The notes below the pieces were generated by a model, which was given only the letters and a program-made list of their open reading frames with translations, had not been told where the DNA came from and made no database searches. A stretch of 58,346 nt of DNA, counting the filler, from Bipalium vagum (lineage: Eukaryota), in the NCBI GenBank assembly GCA_037834085.1. It is 3 parts of 3 records of this genome, joined end to end, with 100 filler letters (N's around TTAATTAATTAA, not from the genome) between each part and the next. Parts side by side here need not be neighbours in the genome. Positions count along the whole stretch, not along the records: positions 19,572 to 42,283 come from JBBMKC010217577.1; 2 more parts are not named here. One strand, given 5' to 3'. This document shows positions 28,055 to 42,084 of this stretch, in pieces (positions within the stretch are counted from its first letter, which is position 1; the number at the start of each line of letters is the position of its first letter). Made by a program: the position numbers and the translations under genes.

Positions 28055-28972
28055 TTATTCTAAAAACTGATTCTAATAACATGATAATAAGAAATAATTT
28101 ACTTTAAACTTTTCAGGACAACATAGAAAATATTTTGTTTTTTCATGTCAATATGCTAAATCCACTATTTAAATAAAGCTTTTTTTCATTTGATTTTTCA
28201 TTTTTCAAATCTTTTGAGTCTATAAGTTTTTTAAAAAGATTTTGTTAAAGAATCTAAAAATGTTAAAAAATGTTGTTTACTATTTCTATTATATTATATA
28301 AATTGTAATTTAAATATTTGATCTTTTTAATTATAACAAATAATTTTTTATCTTTAAAACTGTAGATTGGCTTCCTTTTATTATATTTTCAATTATTAAT
28401 AACTGATTGTAAGATTTAGGCTTAAATTCTTTCAATTGTGCATTTATAAATTTTAATCCTACATTCCAACTTAAAGTTGAAGTTGAAAAAAATATCAAAG
28501 ATCATTTTCAGAATGTTTTTAAAGTTTTAAAAAATTCCGTTAAAATTATGAGATCTAATTTTAAGTAAAAAAGTAAATATTCTTTCATATTAATTTTATT
28601 GTTATTATAATAATTAAAAATTATTTTCATATTGGTTTTTACTTTTTTTTTAATTTGTTAAAATAGAACTGAAATTATTTTTGTAGGCATTATTTCTTAA
28701 TATTAATCGTTTATTTCTTTATAATTTCTACCATTAATATAATTATATGGAAATATACATTTTTTGGGTTTGTAGTTGAGAGATTTTAATATTTCATAAT
28801 TATTATTTTATTTAAAATTTGGGACAATTTTTTTATTACCGATAGAAATACCCATGTATTTTTTCTGACCTACAATAAAAACCAATGTCAATAATAACAA
28901 GAAAGATAAAATTAACAACCAACAATTATATTTTTATTAACAAATAGTTTCTTCAAAGCTATTATGGTATTG

Positions 28973-29750
28973 TTACCATACAAGTTCTTGAAGAAAAGCA
29001 TTCCCTACACGTCCGTGACTCATAGTTTGGTGTATATTTCCTGATTTACCTTTATCATTTGCTGTCCATAACACCAAATGTTTCCCATGCTGACTATAAC
29101 ACTGGAAAATCACTATATCACTGAAGACAACATTTTTCCACTTATTAAAATCCCAGTCCTTATGCTTGTTGGCCCATAACATTCTCTTTTGTCTTTGTCT
29201 TATTGATAGGAAAGGTTTCCTTATGCTTCTGTAACCATGAATACCATATTTTTGAGAATTCTTCTTACGATACTCAATGATATTGTAGTACTGCTTTGAG
29301 ATAAGAAATCATTGGTTACTTGTGCCATATAAAAGTTATTGTTTGCTCTTGAAATTCTTTTGAGTAATCTTTCACTTCTTATTGATACCTTTCGGGGTCT
29401 TCCAATGCAAGCTAAATCTTTCGTTTCGTTTGTTCTTAAAAACTTTTGCATTCTGTGTCTAAATACAGTGGTGAAATATTGATTCTGTAAATCTAATTGA
29501 ATTTCATTTCAGATCTTCCGACTCTTCTTAAGTACAACTCTGACATTTCTATTAAATTCTGATATCTTTCTTGCCATTCTGTAACTGAAATAAACGCTAT
29601 AAGAATTATAAAAATTTAAATAATTAACATACATCAATATTATTTAATAAATTTATTAATTAATAATTAAAAGTTTAATTTTTTAAAACACAAATTACGT
29701 AAATTATTAGTAAATTTTAGAGGGGGTGAACAAACTTTTTGAGGGTACTG
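28973..29750 (-). mobile_element. Tc1 5' half
   Basis: TIR CAGTACCCTCAAAAAGTTTGTTCAC next to TA (29751-52). GRPRKVS HTH segment and WANKHKDW...WKNVVFSD. Confidence 0.85.
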
Positions 29751-29752
29751 TA

Positions 29753-30095
29753 CATGATAATGCCCGATCGTACTTCGCAGTTGGGGTAGAAAGACCTCCC
29801 ACACCACCTTATTCTCAAGATCTGACACCAACAGGTCTTTTGTGGGCCTTGCAGAACTACTTGAATTTCAAGACATTCGCAAATGATGACGATCTGAAAG
29901 TTTTTATTGGAGACTTTTTGACAGTAAAATAATGACCTTTTATAACGATGACATCAATGACCTACTCTATCGTTGGAAGCATGTGCTCCAGCATAATAGT
30001 GATTATATTAATAATCAATATATACTCTCTCCTCTATTGCTTCATTGTATTTTGTCATCAATAAAAATTGTGCGTTACTTTATTTCTGTCTCAAC
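29753..30095 (+). mobile_element. Mariner 3' remnant abutting the Tc1 end
   Basis: HDNARS...PPYSQDLTPT...FYNDDINDLLYRWKHV. Confidence 0.7.
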
Positions 30096-30386
30096 ACATC
30101 AACTTTACATTCTAAAAATTAATAAATTTATAAAGAAGAAATATAATTATTTTAAAATGTTTAGTGCAACCCGTACAGTGAGAAATATGTTGTTGATTGA
30201 GTGTTCTGTTTGGAGAATTTTATTAAAAATTTCAATATAAATTTCCTTTCTTTTCAAGCTTATAAAATGAATACTATTTGTTCGTAATATTTTCGAAATG
30301 CGATAAAAACATTCAATAATGTATTTAATTAAAAAAAGTAAGAAAAAATCTTGTGATTCATATATAATTGAAGTCTTTGGAATACG

Positions 30387-33300
30387 CTACCCAGGTTTAT
30401 TCATGCTAGTGCTTGGCAAATCAGAATAGGGTGGAGGAGGACCTGAAAAAATATTTTTTGATAATAATAATAAATTAAATAATTCTAAATTTTTAATTAC
30501 TTTTTTCAATTAGTTAAATTTTGACGAAATTATCTAATATTGATTAATTGTGTCACTTTGTTTTCATGCCAAGTGAAAGAAGTTTATTGTGAGAATTAGA
30601 TAGTGTTAACATAAATAAACAGCCACACCAAGATTATCTGGCTTCTTGCTCGCAAGCATTTTTGAGTCGGATACCGAAACCAAAGTTACGAATACATTTT
30701 CCAAGATATTATTAGTTCATCCATTTCTGTTACATTTTGTTCTGAAATTTCATTAGGTTCTTTTGTAACACATGAGAGAATTACAATTTCTAAATCAGCA
30801 ACATCTTTGCCAATAACTGCTTTATCAGTTAATCCGTCTACAATACTTGGGATATCAACAATTCTGTGCAAAGTTGATTTCTCGATTTCTAACAGATGTC
30901 ATGAAGGTTAATGGACTTGAAAATTGTTTTGGGACCATTCAGATGATTGAATCCAAAAATGGAAATCTTTCGAATATGAAATATCTGTACGACACAGGGA
31001 GTAAAAGACAATTAATGGAAAGACATTCATCCTTATTTTTAGACAAAAATTCCACAACAGTAGAAAATCAAATAAAAAAGTATGGCAGCATTTATTTGGA
31101 TCCAAATAGTTCAATACGTAATGACTTCCTGGAACAAGGCAGCACCACAAACATCAATATTTTGCAAGAGTTCAGAGATACCAAAATTTATCACGAAAAA
31201 TGAGCTTTTTTGATAAATAAAGTTATAGCAAAATGGGAGTTGTCGTTGTCCTTCGTCCAACAGTCATAATTTCGTTTCATGTGACTTTCATTTGTTCGTC
31301 TTATGAGAAACTTTTTGCGTGGATAACGATTTGACAAAAAAGATAAACTCAAAAGAGCTTCGCAGTCATTTTACAAAAACTGGCCTCCATCGACCTTCAA
31401 GTTTTTTGATACCCTCTGAAAAATAAGATTTCTCCAACCCTTCAAAATATGATGTAGTTATGACTTCACCATTTGTGTAAAATCTTTTAACAGAGAGTTA
31501 TCTTTTGAAGTTTCGGAATAAGAACAAGTCACTAGGTTCTAAGTCCGGAGAAAAACGATGGATGTGGAAGCAAAACGTGTATTTTAGACGTTGAAATTAC
31601 ACTTCGATGAGGCGGTGCACTGTCATGATGAAATAGCACCGTCTTTTTTGCAAACTGTGGTCTTTTTTGTACAATTATAATACTTAATTAATCCAATAAT
31701 GCTGCATAATATTGTTCCGTCATCATTTTCATTTTTCAAGGAAATCAATGAATAGTATTCTATTGGCGTCCCAAAAAACAGTTACCTTAAGTCTTCCAGC
31801 TGACTGCTGTGATTTTAGCCGATGTGGAGCATTTTCAAAGGGTCCTATCCATTGCTTTGACTGTCGTGAAGATTCCGGTGTGTAGTTTGGTATCCACGTT
31901 TCATCTACGGTTATATTACGACGCAAAAATTCATATGGATTTCCATTAAAAACGCTTAAACACAGCTTTGAATCATTAACTCGTTGTTGTTTCTGATCAA
32001 TTGTCAAAGTACACGGCACCCATTTTGCGACAAGCTTTTTCATTTCCAATTCATCGTGAATCATTTTCCAAACACTGTTGACTGATATTTTTGCGAGGAT
32101 AGATAACTTGAGGATGTTGATTTTTCAATCATTCATAATTTTTTTTTTTAATGTTCTCTAGCACAACCACTTCAACTGGACGACCTTTTCGTTCAGCATA
32201 CTGCGTTTAAAGTCAGCTAACCAATTTTTAACCGTTGAATCACCATAATATTTATCCCGTTTTTCTTTTGTTTCTTTTGGTGTTTTCTTTCGTAAAAAAA
32301 TATGCTTAATCAATATGCAGAATTCACCTTTATCCATCTAAAAATCAAAACGGAGTATGTATTTTAATGTTAGTGGATAATTTAAACAAATTGATAGATG
32401 TCATTAAAATTTAAAATTTCATAGTTTAAAAGAATGCACTTTTCATTAATTTTGGTAATTTTTTACTTTTAGTGCTTTTTCATGTTCGGGGCAGGAACTT
32501 TTTGAACGACCTATTGTAATTTTCTTTTCATGTTTTTTCTTAATTTTATATAATAATAAACATTTTCACAGAATTTAATCGATTAAATTATGTAATTCTT
32601 TGTTTAGCTAAGTTTTTTTGTAACTTAAAATTTTGTGAAATTTTGAACATACCTTTGATCACAGAGTGATGAGAGAGGAAGTTGGTCTTTATCCTTACAA
32701 ACTACAATATCACAATATGTTGTATGAAGAGGATTTTGCAAATAGAGTAGAGTGTTGCAAAGGCATACTAGAGATACATGTCAAATGTAACCATTTTCTT
32801 GCATTTTTGGTAACGTCAGACGAAGTAATGTTTCACCTAAATTGTCAAGTAAGCCGACACAATTGCCGAATTTAGACCTTGCAAAAACCGGAGGCTATCC
32901 TTAATAAAAGCCTCTGTTCTCCTAAAGTCAACATTTGAGTAAGCCTAGTAAGCATGTTCTTCTGGGGTCATTTTTTTTAATGAAAATGTTAATGAATTCA
33001 ATTATCTGGTCATGCTCAGCAACAATGTGGTTCTATTTCTTAAAGCTATCGTCGTCACCACAAACCATCAGTAACCAATTACATGAACAAATACTAGCTG
33101 TTACTCGCATTTTCAAAACCTTCTGTCTCTGATATTAATCAATAAAGACGTTTGGAAAAGAACATCTAAGTTTGAATGTTGAAGATTGGAAAAAAGTATT
33201 ATGGTCAGACGAGTCACCGTACGTGTTATACTTTAAGTACTCGAAACGTGTTTGGAGACTTCCAAATGAACGCTATTCCGCTTCATGTATGATACATGAT

Positions 33301-36300
33301 AAAAACTAATGGTTCGGGATGTTTTGCCGCACATAGTGTTGGAAATCTTTGTAGAATTCACGGAATAATGGATAAAGAAAACTTTTGTCAAATATTAATT
33401 AGGAAAATGATACCTTCATAAAAGAAAATTGTTCCCAGATGGTCATTAAGTGTTTCAGCATGACAATAATCCGAAGCACAAAGCGAAAATTATTCTAAAA
33501 TATTTACAGAACACAAATATTAATAATTAAGACTGACCATCTCAAAGTGCAGATAATAATCCATTGAAAACTTATGGATTTTTCTGGAAAACAAGTGAAA
33601 GATAAAAATCCAACAGATTAAAATGGTTTATTAAAACTTTTGCGCGTTCGATGGAAAAATTTAAACAAGATTTCCTCATGAATCTTATCGAGACCATGCC
33701 ATGCAGATGCCAAGCCGTAATTGACAAAATGAATGGCCTACGAAGTATACTTTATTAATTATTAATGAAGGTTTTAAGAAAATTTGTCTTAATCTAATAG
33801 TGATCGGATTTTTTCTTCGTATTGTAAATATAATAAAAAGCAAGTAATTACTCCAAGAAAGTAATGATAACCGTTTGGTGGTCTATGGTCAGTATTAATC
33901 ATTATGATTTCTGCCTCGGTGAATCGCAGCCTTCCGACGCTTTTGCATGATAACTCTTGGTTGCTAAATCATTAAGCTTTGCCAAATTAATTCTACAAAA
34001 ATTACAGGAACTAAATTACGAAACTTTACATCACCCACCTTATTCCCCAGATAAACCTCCCACAGATTATCACCTATTCCTGTCACTTGCCATTTCCTAC
34101 TAAATAAGCAGTTCAAAACCAGGATACCTTTGCCTCTTATTGAATCCCATGACCCGAACTTGTTCAGAAACGGGATAAAGAAACTCATAGAATATTGGCA
34201 AAGTGTTGTAGATGCCAGTGGTGCATAATTTGATTAATAAACATCTTATAGTGACTTATTGACTTTTGATTTGTGAGATGAGAAAGCGACAATACTTTTC
34301 CCTCAACATTATAAATTTGAGTCAATTGCTTTAGACTCGTTTTAATATTTAACCAAGAAATTAATTAATTTAAACAAATGAAAAAATTAAAAGCTGAAAT
34401 TACAATTAAAAAAAAAAGTAATTTGAAAAATGAAAAATTTTCAAAAAAATCTATAATAATAAAAATCGATAAAAACGATTTAATTAATATTTAGTAATAA
34501 TTCAATTTAGTTAATTATATATTGAATTAAATCTGATATATATAAATTAACATTTCCTTTTCTCTTTATTTTTGTTATACGTACCTAATGGGAAAGATGT
34601 AGGATAAGCTGTCTCCGGTTTATAATTCACATTATTAACATAATAATATGGAGCAGTTGGATCCACTTGATTAATACCCTGTGAAATAACATACATATTC
34701 ATGGGATTATTAGCCGAGTTATATGCAGGTGCATATGGATTCGAGGTTGAATCTGTCTGAGGATAATTGACTATAACGATAAATATGATTAGTTATATCT
34801 CTGTGATTATCTTGAATACCAATTTCTTGATCATTCCTGTACTGAATGCATACTGTACTTTGTCTTTTAATTTTAGTCTTTTTATAGAAAGCAAATAGCC
34901 CGCCAACAACTATAAACATAATAGTTGTCACACCAATTATTAAAGCAGCGAGATATCCAGGTCTAAACAGTAGAAATTTTTGTGAAAAAGTAATAAATAT
35001 TTTCTAAGATTTAATTAATGATTCTTAAACAATTTTCTTAATTTGTTTTAATGTGTTTCATTTAATAATAAAATTTTGAAAAAATATTTTATTATCTTAA
35101 GACATCAATAAAAACTTGATTTATTTAACATGAATTATTTTAATTTTATTTTGACGATTTGAAAAATTTTTTTTAAAAACATGACAAAAATAGAACTATT
35201 AACAACAAACGATAAAGACGCTGAATTTGGAAAATTGGGACATCAATTATTTTAAACAACGAATGTAATTTTTCCTTTTTTTGAAATAGTCTTTCAGCTT
35301 TAATCAAAAACGGAAAAGAGAATCTTTAGATTTACTTTATTAATTTCTTTTGAGTTCAGGGAAGTTCAAAATTTCTGAAGTAAAATATCGTCGTGAATGA
35401 ATAGGACTATTTGGTTCGCCCAATGGGAATTTTAATGGGCACTGAGAAAAGAGACCGCAAGGAGAATCAAGAAGGATAATAATAATAATAATAATATTAT
35501 TATTAATTAAATATTAATTTCAAATTTTAGAAAAGTTTTATTGACAGGCTGAATTTCCTGAGTTGTGGCAATGTTTTGAAAGGTACTGTCACTTAGAGAA
35601 ATTAAGAATAATTTTTGGAAATTTTAAGACACCATTGCCCGGATAACGGACACTTAGTAATCTTATATAAGAACTGATGGATCAAGGAGATTTGATCAGA
35701 AAATTCTAGTCAAACAATTGATTTATTTATTAGATATTTACTTACACAATTTTTCGAAGACAGTATTTTCAAGAAGTGCTGGTTTTATTTCTTCCGACGG
35801 TTTTGGATCAGCTTTTCTTTACGAAGATTTCTACGATTTTGTGGCATTTTGTAATGTTTTAGACAATCAAGTTCGGTAGTCCTTAGATACGAATAACTGA
35901 CAACCAAATTGGTTGTTGAAATCATTTGTTCGGCTATGAGCTGGCACATTTATTTTTTATTCCACCTGTTTTTCCTTTTATTGCATTGTTTGACTAATTT
36001 CTTGGATTTTATCGTTTGACACTTATCGATGCGTATTGACATTGATTTCTTTATTTTATCGCTTAACATTTAATGACTCTCATTGACATTGATTTGATCA
36101 TTTGATTAATTCTTACCGAAATTGATTTCATTATTTTATCTTTGATATTTTATTGATATTTATATCATTATTTTATTTTAACTTAGTGTATTATAGATTC
36201 ATTGACATTTATTCATTTTTGTTATTTATATAAGTGACGGCAGTGGTTACGAGTAACAGTGATCTATTTGATTTCGAAAAACAGGAATGGATGGATATGC

Positions 36301-39300
36301 AAAAATTGAAAATTGGTTTAATCTTTATGTATTGTTAATAAAGTTTTATTTTTGAACAGATTATTTTTCTTTCATTAATACCAACCATTAGTGAAAGGAA
36401 GGATAAAGACTCAATCTTTAATTTCAACTACTATTTTAGTTGAATTTAGTTAACAGTACTGTGAGAAATACAATGAAGAAAGCAGGAATTTTTTTACTGA
36501 GAAGTTTAAAGTTAAAAATAAATAATATTTAAAAATTATTTTTATTTTATTTTTCATAATAGAGAAGGTGATGAATATACATTTTTCTACTTGTATTTTT
36601 TCACTTTTAAAAACTTTTAATTTTAGAGCAAATTGTTATCAACAAATAGTACCATATAAGCTCATTATAGTTGTGGCTTTACGTAAACTATGATTGGCTT
36701 CATTAAGTTCTAATTGAAACTTTGAAGATTTTGTACTGTCATGCTTCGTATTTGAAAATTTTCGAAGGTTATCTAATTTTTTAAAATTATTTTTATATAT
36801 TAATTTATTAATAAATATTATCCATATTTTCAATTAATATTGGGTAGTCTAAAAAGTTTCCGCTGATTTTGGTAAAATGAAAAGGTTAGAAAAATAAAGT
36901 CGAATTGAAAGTGTTATTAAATTACATAATTACCATTTTGATCGACAATGTCTTGCCATTCTTTTTGGTAAAGCCAAAATTCCGTCACTGTAAAACTTTT
37001 TTGATTTATTGGCTAAAAGGTAAGATAAGTGTTTTTCACAATCTTCTTTTGAATTTAATTTTACACCATTAAGGAAGTTCTGCAATGAGCGAAAAAGATA
37101 ATAGTCTGGCGGTGCCATATCAGGACTATATGGAGGATGCAACAAAATTTCCCAATCAAGATCACTCAATTTTTGCTGCGTCATGAAAGATACATGTGGT
37201 CTGTCGTTGTCATGGTAAAACACTACGCTTTCCTATTGATTAATTCGGGACGCTTTCTTGCAATTTCCTGATGTACTCTTTTCAACTGTTCACAGTAGAT
37301 AAATAAGTTTACTTTTTGTCCTGGTTGGAGTAATTCATAATGGACTATTCCCTTGTAATTCCACCAGACACAGAGCATTAACTTCCTTGAAGTCATACCA
37401 CATTTTATCCAAGACCTTGTTATTATCGTACTTGATCCCTTTTTCGTCACATGTAATAAGACTTTTCAAAAATGGATCGATCATGTTTTTATTCAACAAT
37501 GTTTGGCATATTGAAATTCGGTCTTTCAAATTCTTTTCAGTCAAATTATGCGGTATCCATACATCCAGTTTCTTTGTATATCCACATTTCTCCAAATGAT
37601 TTAAAACTGTTTGATGATGAATCCCCAATTCTTGAGCTATTTCGTGGCTGCTTGTATTCCTGTCTTCTTCAACCTTCTTAATTATTTTATCGACTTTTTT
37701 TAAAACGAAACGAAAACGGAACGAAATTTAGCGAACCATTCAGGGACTGCTCTATCCAAAACACTATCCGCTCCATAAACAGCATTAATCTTTTTATGTA
37801 CCTTTGTTTTATTTTTACCTTTCAGGAAATTAAATTTCATTATGTATCGCATTTCTTCTTTATTTATATCTATTTCTAAAGATGAATAAAATTTTACTAA
37901 TTAATCAAAATGCTTACTTTTTAAAGTTATTTGAATGCTAGGATTATAATAAATTATAAAATTATATATTAAAACAAAATCAATTGAAATCAAACTATAT
38001 AAAGAACATTTTCACAGGCTATTAAAAAAATCGGCAGAAACTTTTTAGACTACCCAATATATAGGAGGTAAAGCAAAGAAGTATTTAGACTACCTGAAAC
38101 TATAAAATCAACTCAACAACCCAAGACCTTAAATGTATTCTCATTTTTGAAAATCTAGTCCTTTGACTCTTTTATAGTAGGGAAAGTGGAGACTAAATGG
38201 CGTTTCGTCTGTAGTTATCAAATTCGATAAAAAATTGGTCCAACTACTTCCAGAAGACGAAGATTCCTATCACAGTAAATTTTTCATCTAGTCATCATGT
38301 CAGCTGCTAAAAACTTAGTAAGAATCCGCTATTAACTTTTGTAATCCCATTAGCTATAGAAGCAGCTGAGTAGTTCTTTTGCATACATCTAGCCTCTCAG
38401 ATAGCTGAGATTGAGTATTTTCTCCTTCATTTATCACAATATCTCAGTGTTTTTAGTAAGTTCTTCTTTATTTCATAATACATGATGAGAAACACATACG
38501 GAATGAAGTTTTTTATGAACATCCTCATGGGAAAACAGCACCGAGAGCATTAAAATCAAGCAAACAAATATATATTCTAAAATCCTTAATGTTTCAAAGT
38601 TGAAGATTTTGATTTAAGAAAAGTTCCTAAATGTATCAGGACATTATTTGTAATAAATGACACTATTCAAGTCGCAGTACAAAAACATTAACGTTAAACT
38701 TTTGATGAAAGACCAAGTCTTTGAAACAATTCTGCGTTGCAGATGCTAATCACTTTAAAAAGTAATGTTACCTTATGAAGCCCATCTAAAAACAATGTGA
38801 AGTGTGTACATTGTGTTACCAGACAATGTATTTTTCTACATCTTGTAGATGTACAGAGTACTCAATAGTTAGAGATTTGGCCTCATGAATTAAGCATAGG
38901 AGACATCAAACTGATACAAATAACTTTTTGAAAGTACTTCACAGAAATAATACCAAACCAAAACAAAAAATCAGTCTGGAGAGATAATCCCTAAAGAATG
39001 AAATTAAAAGATCAATCTGACTCTTTTCTCTCACATATCCCAGACTGTGAATATAATGATAATTTGAGAAATAACTTTTTTTGTTTTAATTTATAATTAA
39101 AATTTTAATACATATAAAGAAAATATTAAAAAATATAAAGAGTATTAATTTTAATAATAAATTTATTATAATTTTAATAATAAATAATAATAATAAATTT
39201 ATTATAATTTTAATAATAAATAATAATAATAAATATATTATAATTTTAATAATAAATAATAATAATAAATTTATTATAATTTGAATAATACATAATAATA

Positions 39301-40009
39301 ATAATAGATATATTATAATTTTAATAATAAATTTATTATAATTTTAATAATAATTTCATTTCAATATTAAAGACCAAACGGTAAAAAAAATTCAAATTAA
39401 ACTCAAGTTCACAATATTTATATGATATTATACAATAGAAAATAGTCACAATGAAAAATACAAATGATAATAAAGGAAAACGTAAATTTAACAAACTCTT
39501 ATCGCACCTGTCGAAATACCTACAGCAATATTGATTATGCTTGTTTCCACAACAAAACTGATAATCCATCTTATCCCAAGGACACACGAACCAAGGAGTA
39601 ATTGGAGAAATGCGTCCATAATATAAGTTGTATTTATTGTAACATATTGAAATCTCTGAACAATGGAAAAAGAACAATATATCATAAACAAACACTCAAT
39701 AATAAATTAAATAAATAAAAACCTGTTCCTTAGTTACTAAACCAGCTGCAACCAATGATATCTATAATTTCCGCAAATCATAAATTAATGGAAAATTATG
39801 TCATTTATCCAATTCGTTTTAAAATGTTAATATAAAACATTTTTACTTAAAAATGTCACATGAAAAAATTCATATCAAACTAATGATAAAAAAAGATATA
39901 TATAAATCATAATTAATATTTATTAATTAAACAGTTAAATAATAATATATATAATACAATATATAGTACATAAAAAATAATATGTGATAGATATCACCGT
40001 AATAATATA

Positions 40010-40051
<42 letters not shown>

Positions 40052-40368
40052 CCTAAAATTAATTACTATTATTATATATATCTTCACAATTAAAACTAGT
40101 TTTTTGCTTGGCCGATATCTTTATGAAAACACCGAAGATGGCATCAACAACTGAATGCATTTCGTTGTTACCATAAAACGTACAGACTTTTGCATGCATT
40201 GAATTTAAGTGAACATAAGAGTAATCTGGTTGCTTGAAAGCTGCACTGGAATTGGTTGGTTTTGCTTTTTGGCCTTTTTTAATGATATAACACAACTTAT
40301 AGAGTACCATAATACCTACTGGACATTTTCTCAATAACCAGAATAAGTATAAAGAATCTTAGTAACAT
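30387..40368 (-). CDS. Shisa-like / WBP1-VOPP1-type single-pass membrane protein, 193 aa. Exons 40368-40339, 39761-39743, 39655-39508, 34962-34820, 34770-34585, 30442-30387
   Basis: All five introns are GT-AG and phase-consistent (582 nt in total). Signal peptide MLLRFFILILISLVAA, Cys pattern C..C..CC..CC (FVCPW...FCCG...QYCC), TM LAALIIGVTTIMFIVVGGLFAFY followed by KK, and a Pro/Tyr-rich tail ending GPPPPYSDL (PPxY). Confidence 0.85.
30790..31380 (+). mobile_element. Highly degenerate mariner remnant
   Basis: LGYQQFCAKLISRFLT (cf. LGMRKVCAKWVPRxLT) and YDTGSKRQLMERH (cf. YDPETKxQSxEW). Confidence 0.55.
31400..32515 (-). mobile_element. Mariner, Himar1/irritans-like, degenerate
   Basis: MDKGEFCILIKH N-terminus. 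ORF 31729-32064 reads KWVPCTLTIDQKQQRV...ITVDETW...SAGRLKVTVFWDA. TIR-like end near 32490-32515. Confidence 0.85.
32666..33040 (+). mobile_element. DD41D (rosa/Visitor)-type transposase fragment
   Basis: GLYPYKLQ...EEDFANRVECC...TSDEVMFHLNCQVSRHNCRI. Confidence 0.7.
33140..33826 (+). mobile_element. Tc1 3' two-thirds remnant
   Basis: WKKVLWSDES, FQHDNNPKH, PSQSADNNP and MPCRCQAVI in shifting frames. Confidence 0.75.
33850..34310 (+). mobile_element. Mariner 3' remnant
   Basis: KVMITVWWS, LHDN, LHHPPYSPD and RNGIKKLIEYWQ. Confidence 0.7.
36840..38057 (-). mobile_element. Near full-length mariner (mellifera-like), frameshifted, in an intron of the Shisa-like gene
   Basis: TIRs TTGGGTAGTCTAAAAAGTTTC and GAAACTTTTTAGACTACCCAA with TA duplication. 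WIPHNL, ITCDEK, MLCVWWNYKG, FYHDNDRPH and HPPYSPDMAPPDYYLF (DD34D). Confidence 0.92.
38200..38950 (+). mobile_element. Very degenerate hAT (Buster/Charlie-like) remnant
   Basis: LVIMSAAKNLV (cf. LILPAAKDIV), IIHDE and KCVHCV (HCxxH-like) pieces. Confidence 0.4.
39140..39352. repeat. AT-only ~36-bp tandem repeat
   Basis: Unit close to ATTTTAATAATAAATAATAATAATAAATTTATTATA, repeated about 5-6 times. Confidence 0.8.
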
Positions 40369-42084
40369 AAATAATATATTTTAAAATAATTAATAAATTT
40401 AAAGTTGAAAACAAAAAGAAAATATTTAAATTGGTCTATTTAAACAAAGTTTTAATAATGAGAAATGTTTTAGAATTATTAAATATTTTTGAATTTCTTT
40501 GTAGTCATTTAGATTTTAAATTCATCGTAACCTTTGACATTTTTAGTAAAACTTGAAAAGTTTTTTCCCAAATGTCTCTTTTATTTAAAATCTTTTTCCA
40601 TTTTGTATTGTATTATTATTATTATTATTATTGTATTTATTATTTATTTTTTCCAATTAGTCAATTAAAGTAACAAAAATTGTATTATTGATAAATTTTT
40701 ATAAGAAAATGTTTTACTTTTACTTACTTTTACTCTTCGTATGAGATTAAATGTGTTTTATCGTCCAGACTTTCGAGTTGTTTGATCTACTTGTCTTGAA
40801 ATCAATATTATCTTTACCACTGCTTTTACATTTATATAGATGTCCTTCATACAACTGCGCTAATAAAAGCTCATCATTTATAGTATCTTACTAGAATGCC
40901 AGTTCTTCTACTGTATATCCTATATATATCTTTGTGATGTCATAAAACGCATTTATTGTAACCTCAGCTGATTGGCATGTCTGTATCGAAGGATTCATCA
41001 ATTACTCTTGATCTTTCTTTGTCATATAACTTTACCTTATGTTTCCTTCGATATCGGTTTACCAATTGATCTAAAAAGTTTCCCGATATGATTATTTCGC
41101 TTCGCCATTTATGTGTTATATTTATCCAATAGAAAGAGACAGTGATTAATAATAATAACAACAATAATCACTGATAATACTATTTGTGTTACAAACTAAA
41201 GTTAATTGTTTAGTAAATCAAGTATTGACTCTCAAGGATACCTGAAGTTTATTAACTCATTTTTTATTCCTATTTTATTGTCCATTTTTCTTTATTATGA
41301 ACAAGTTAGTGAAAATGGAAAAATTTGTAACTCTGTTAATATTGTTAGAAACCGCGGTTGAATCAGTGATGAATATCATCAAGTAATTTTTAATCTCCAA
41401 AACTAACAATCAAAACCTTGCGGACGAGTCAAAAAGAATCACAGGAAAACTCACAGATGAGTCAAGAGGCCCCCAATGGATTCCCAGGACCCGATAAAGG
41501 GTGATGAAAGGTTTCTCAAATTACCCATTGATTGTTCAACTATAACTGACAATTAGGATCATTTATGCTTTCAATTTGTATATTTTTTACTTGCACGAAA
41601 AGGTTTCGTTAGACCTACTATCATTATGTACTTAAATTTCATATATTTTATGATAATGTTTTATTAAAATATGTTGGGTTTACCCAAGACAACCCCCGGG
41701 GAAAAAATAAGCAAAAAAAACATTAAAAGGGGTATAAATAATAATAATATTATTATTATTAATAATTAAAATTAATTAGCACTTGAAAAGCAATTAAAAA
41801 TTTACAGATATTTTTAGTTTGAACCTACTTAGAAAATAAAACAACCCTCCAAAAGTAATTTTTATTTTTAAAAAAGTCCAAAAGAGGGAATTTAAAAATA
41901 TTAATGGTCGTCAGAAAATTATTTTTTTAGGGAATTCTAGAATTTTAATAGAATTTTGAGAATTTAAGATTAATTTTGAGATTATTTCAAGAATAATCGC
42001 CAGATGAAGATCAGTTTCAGAAAAGTATATAAGCAGAGCGATTCTAGCACAATTTCACCCCTCAGAAAACGTGCAGCTTAAGCT

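Noticed and set aside
35760-36300. Degenerate TTGACATTGATTTC repeats beside a short Lys/Arg-rich frame
   Set aside because: Probably TE debris; no paired TIRs or domain could be supported.
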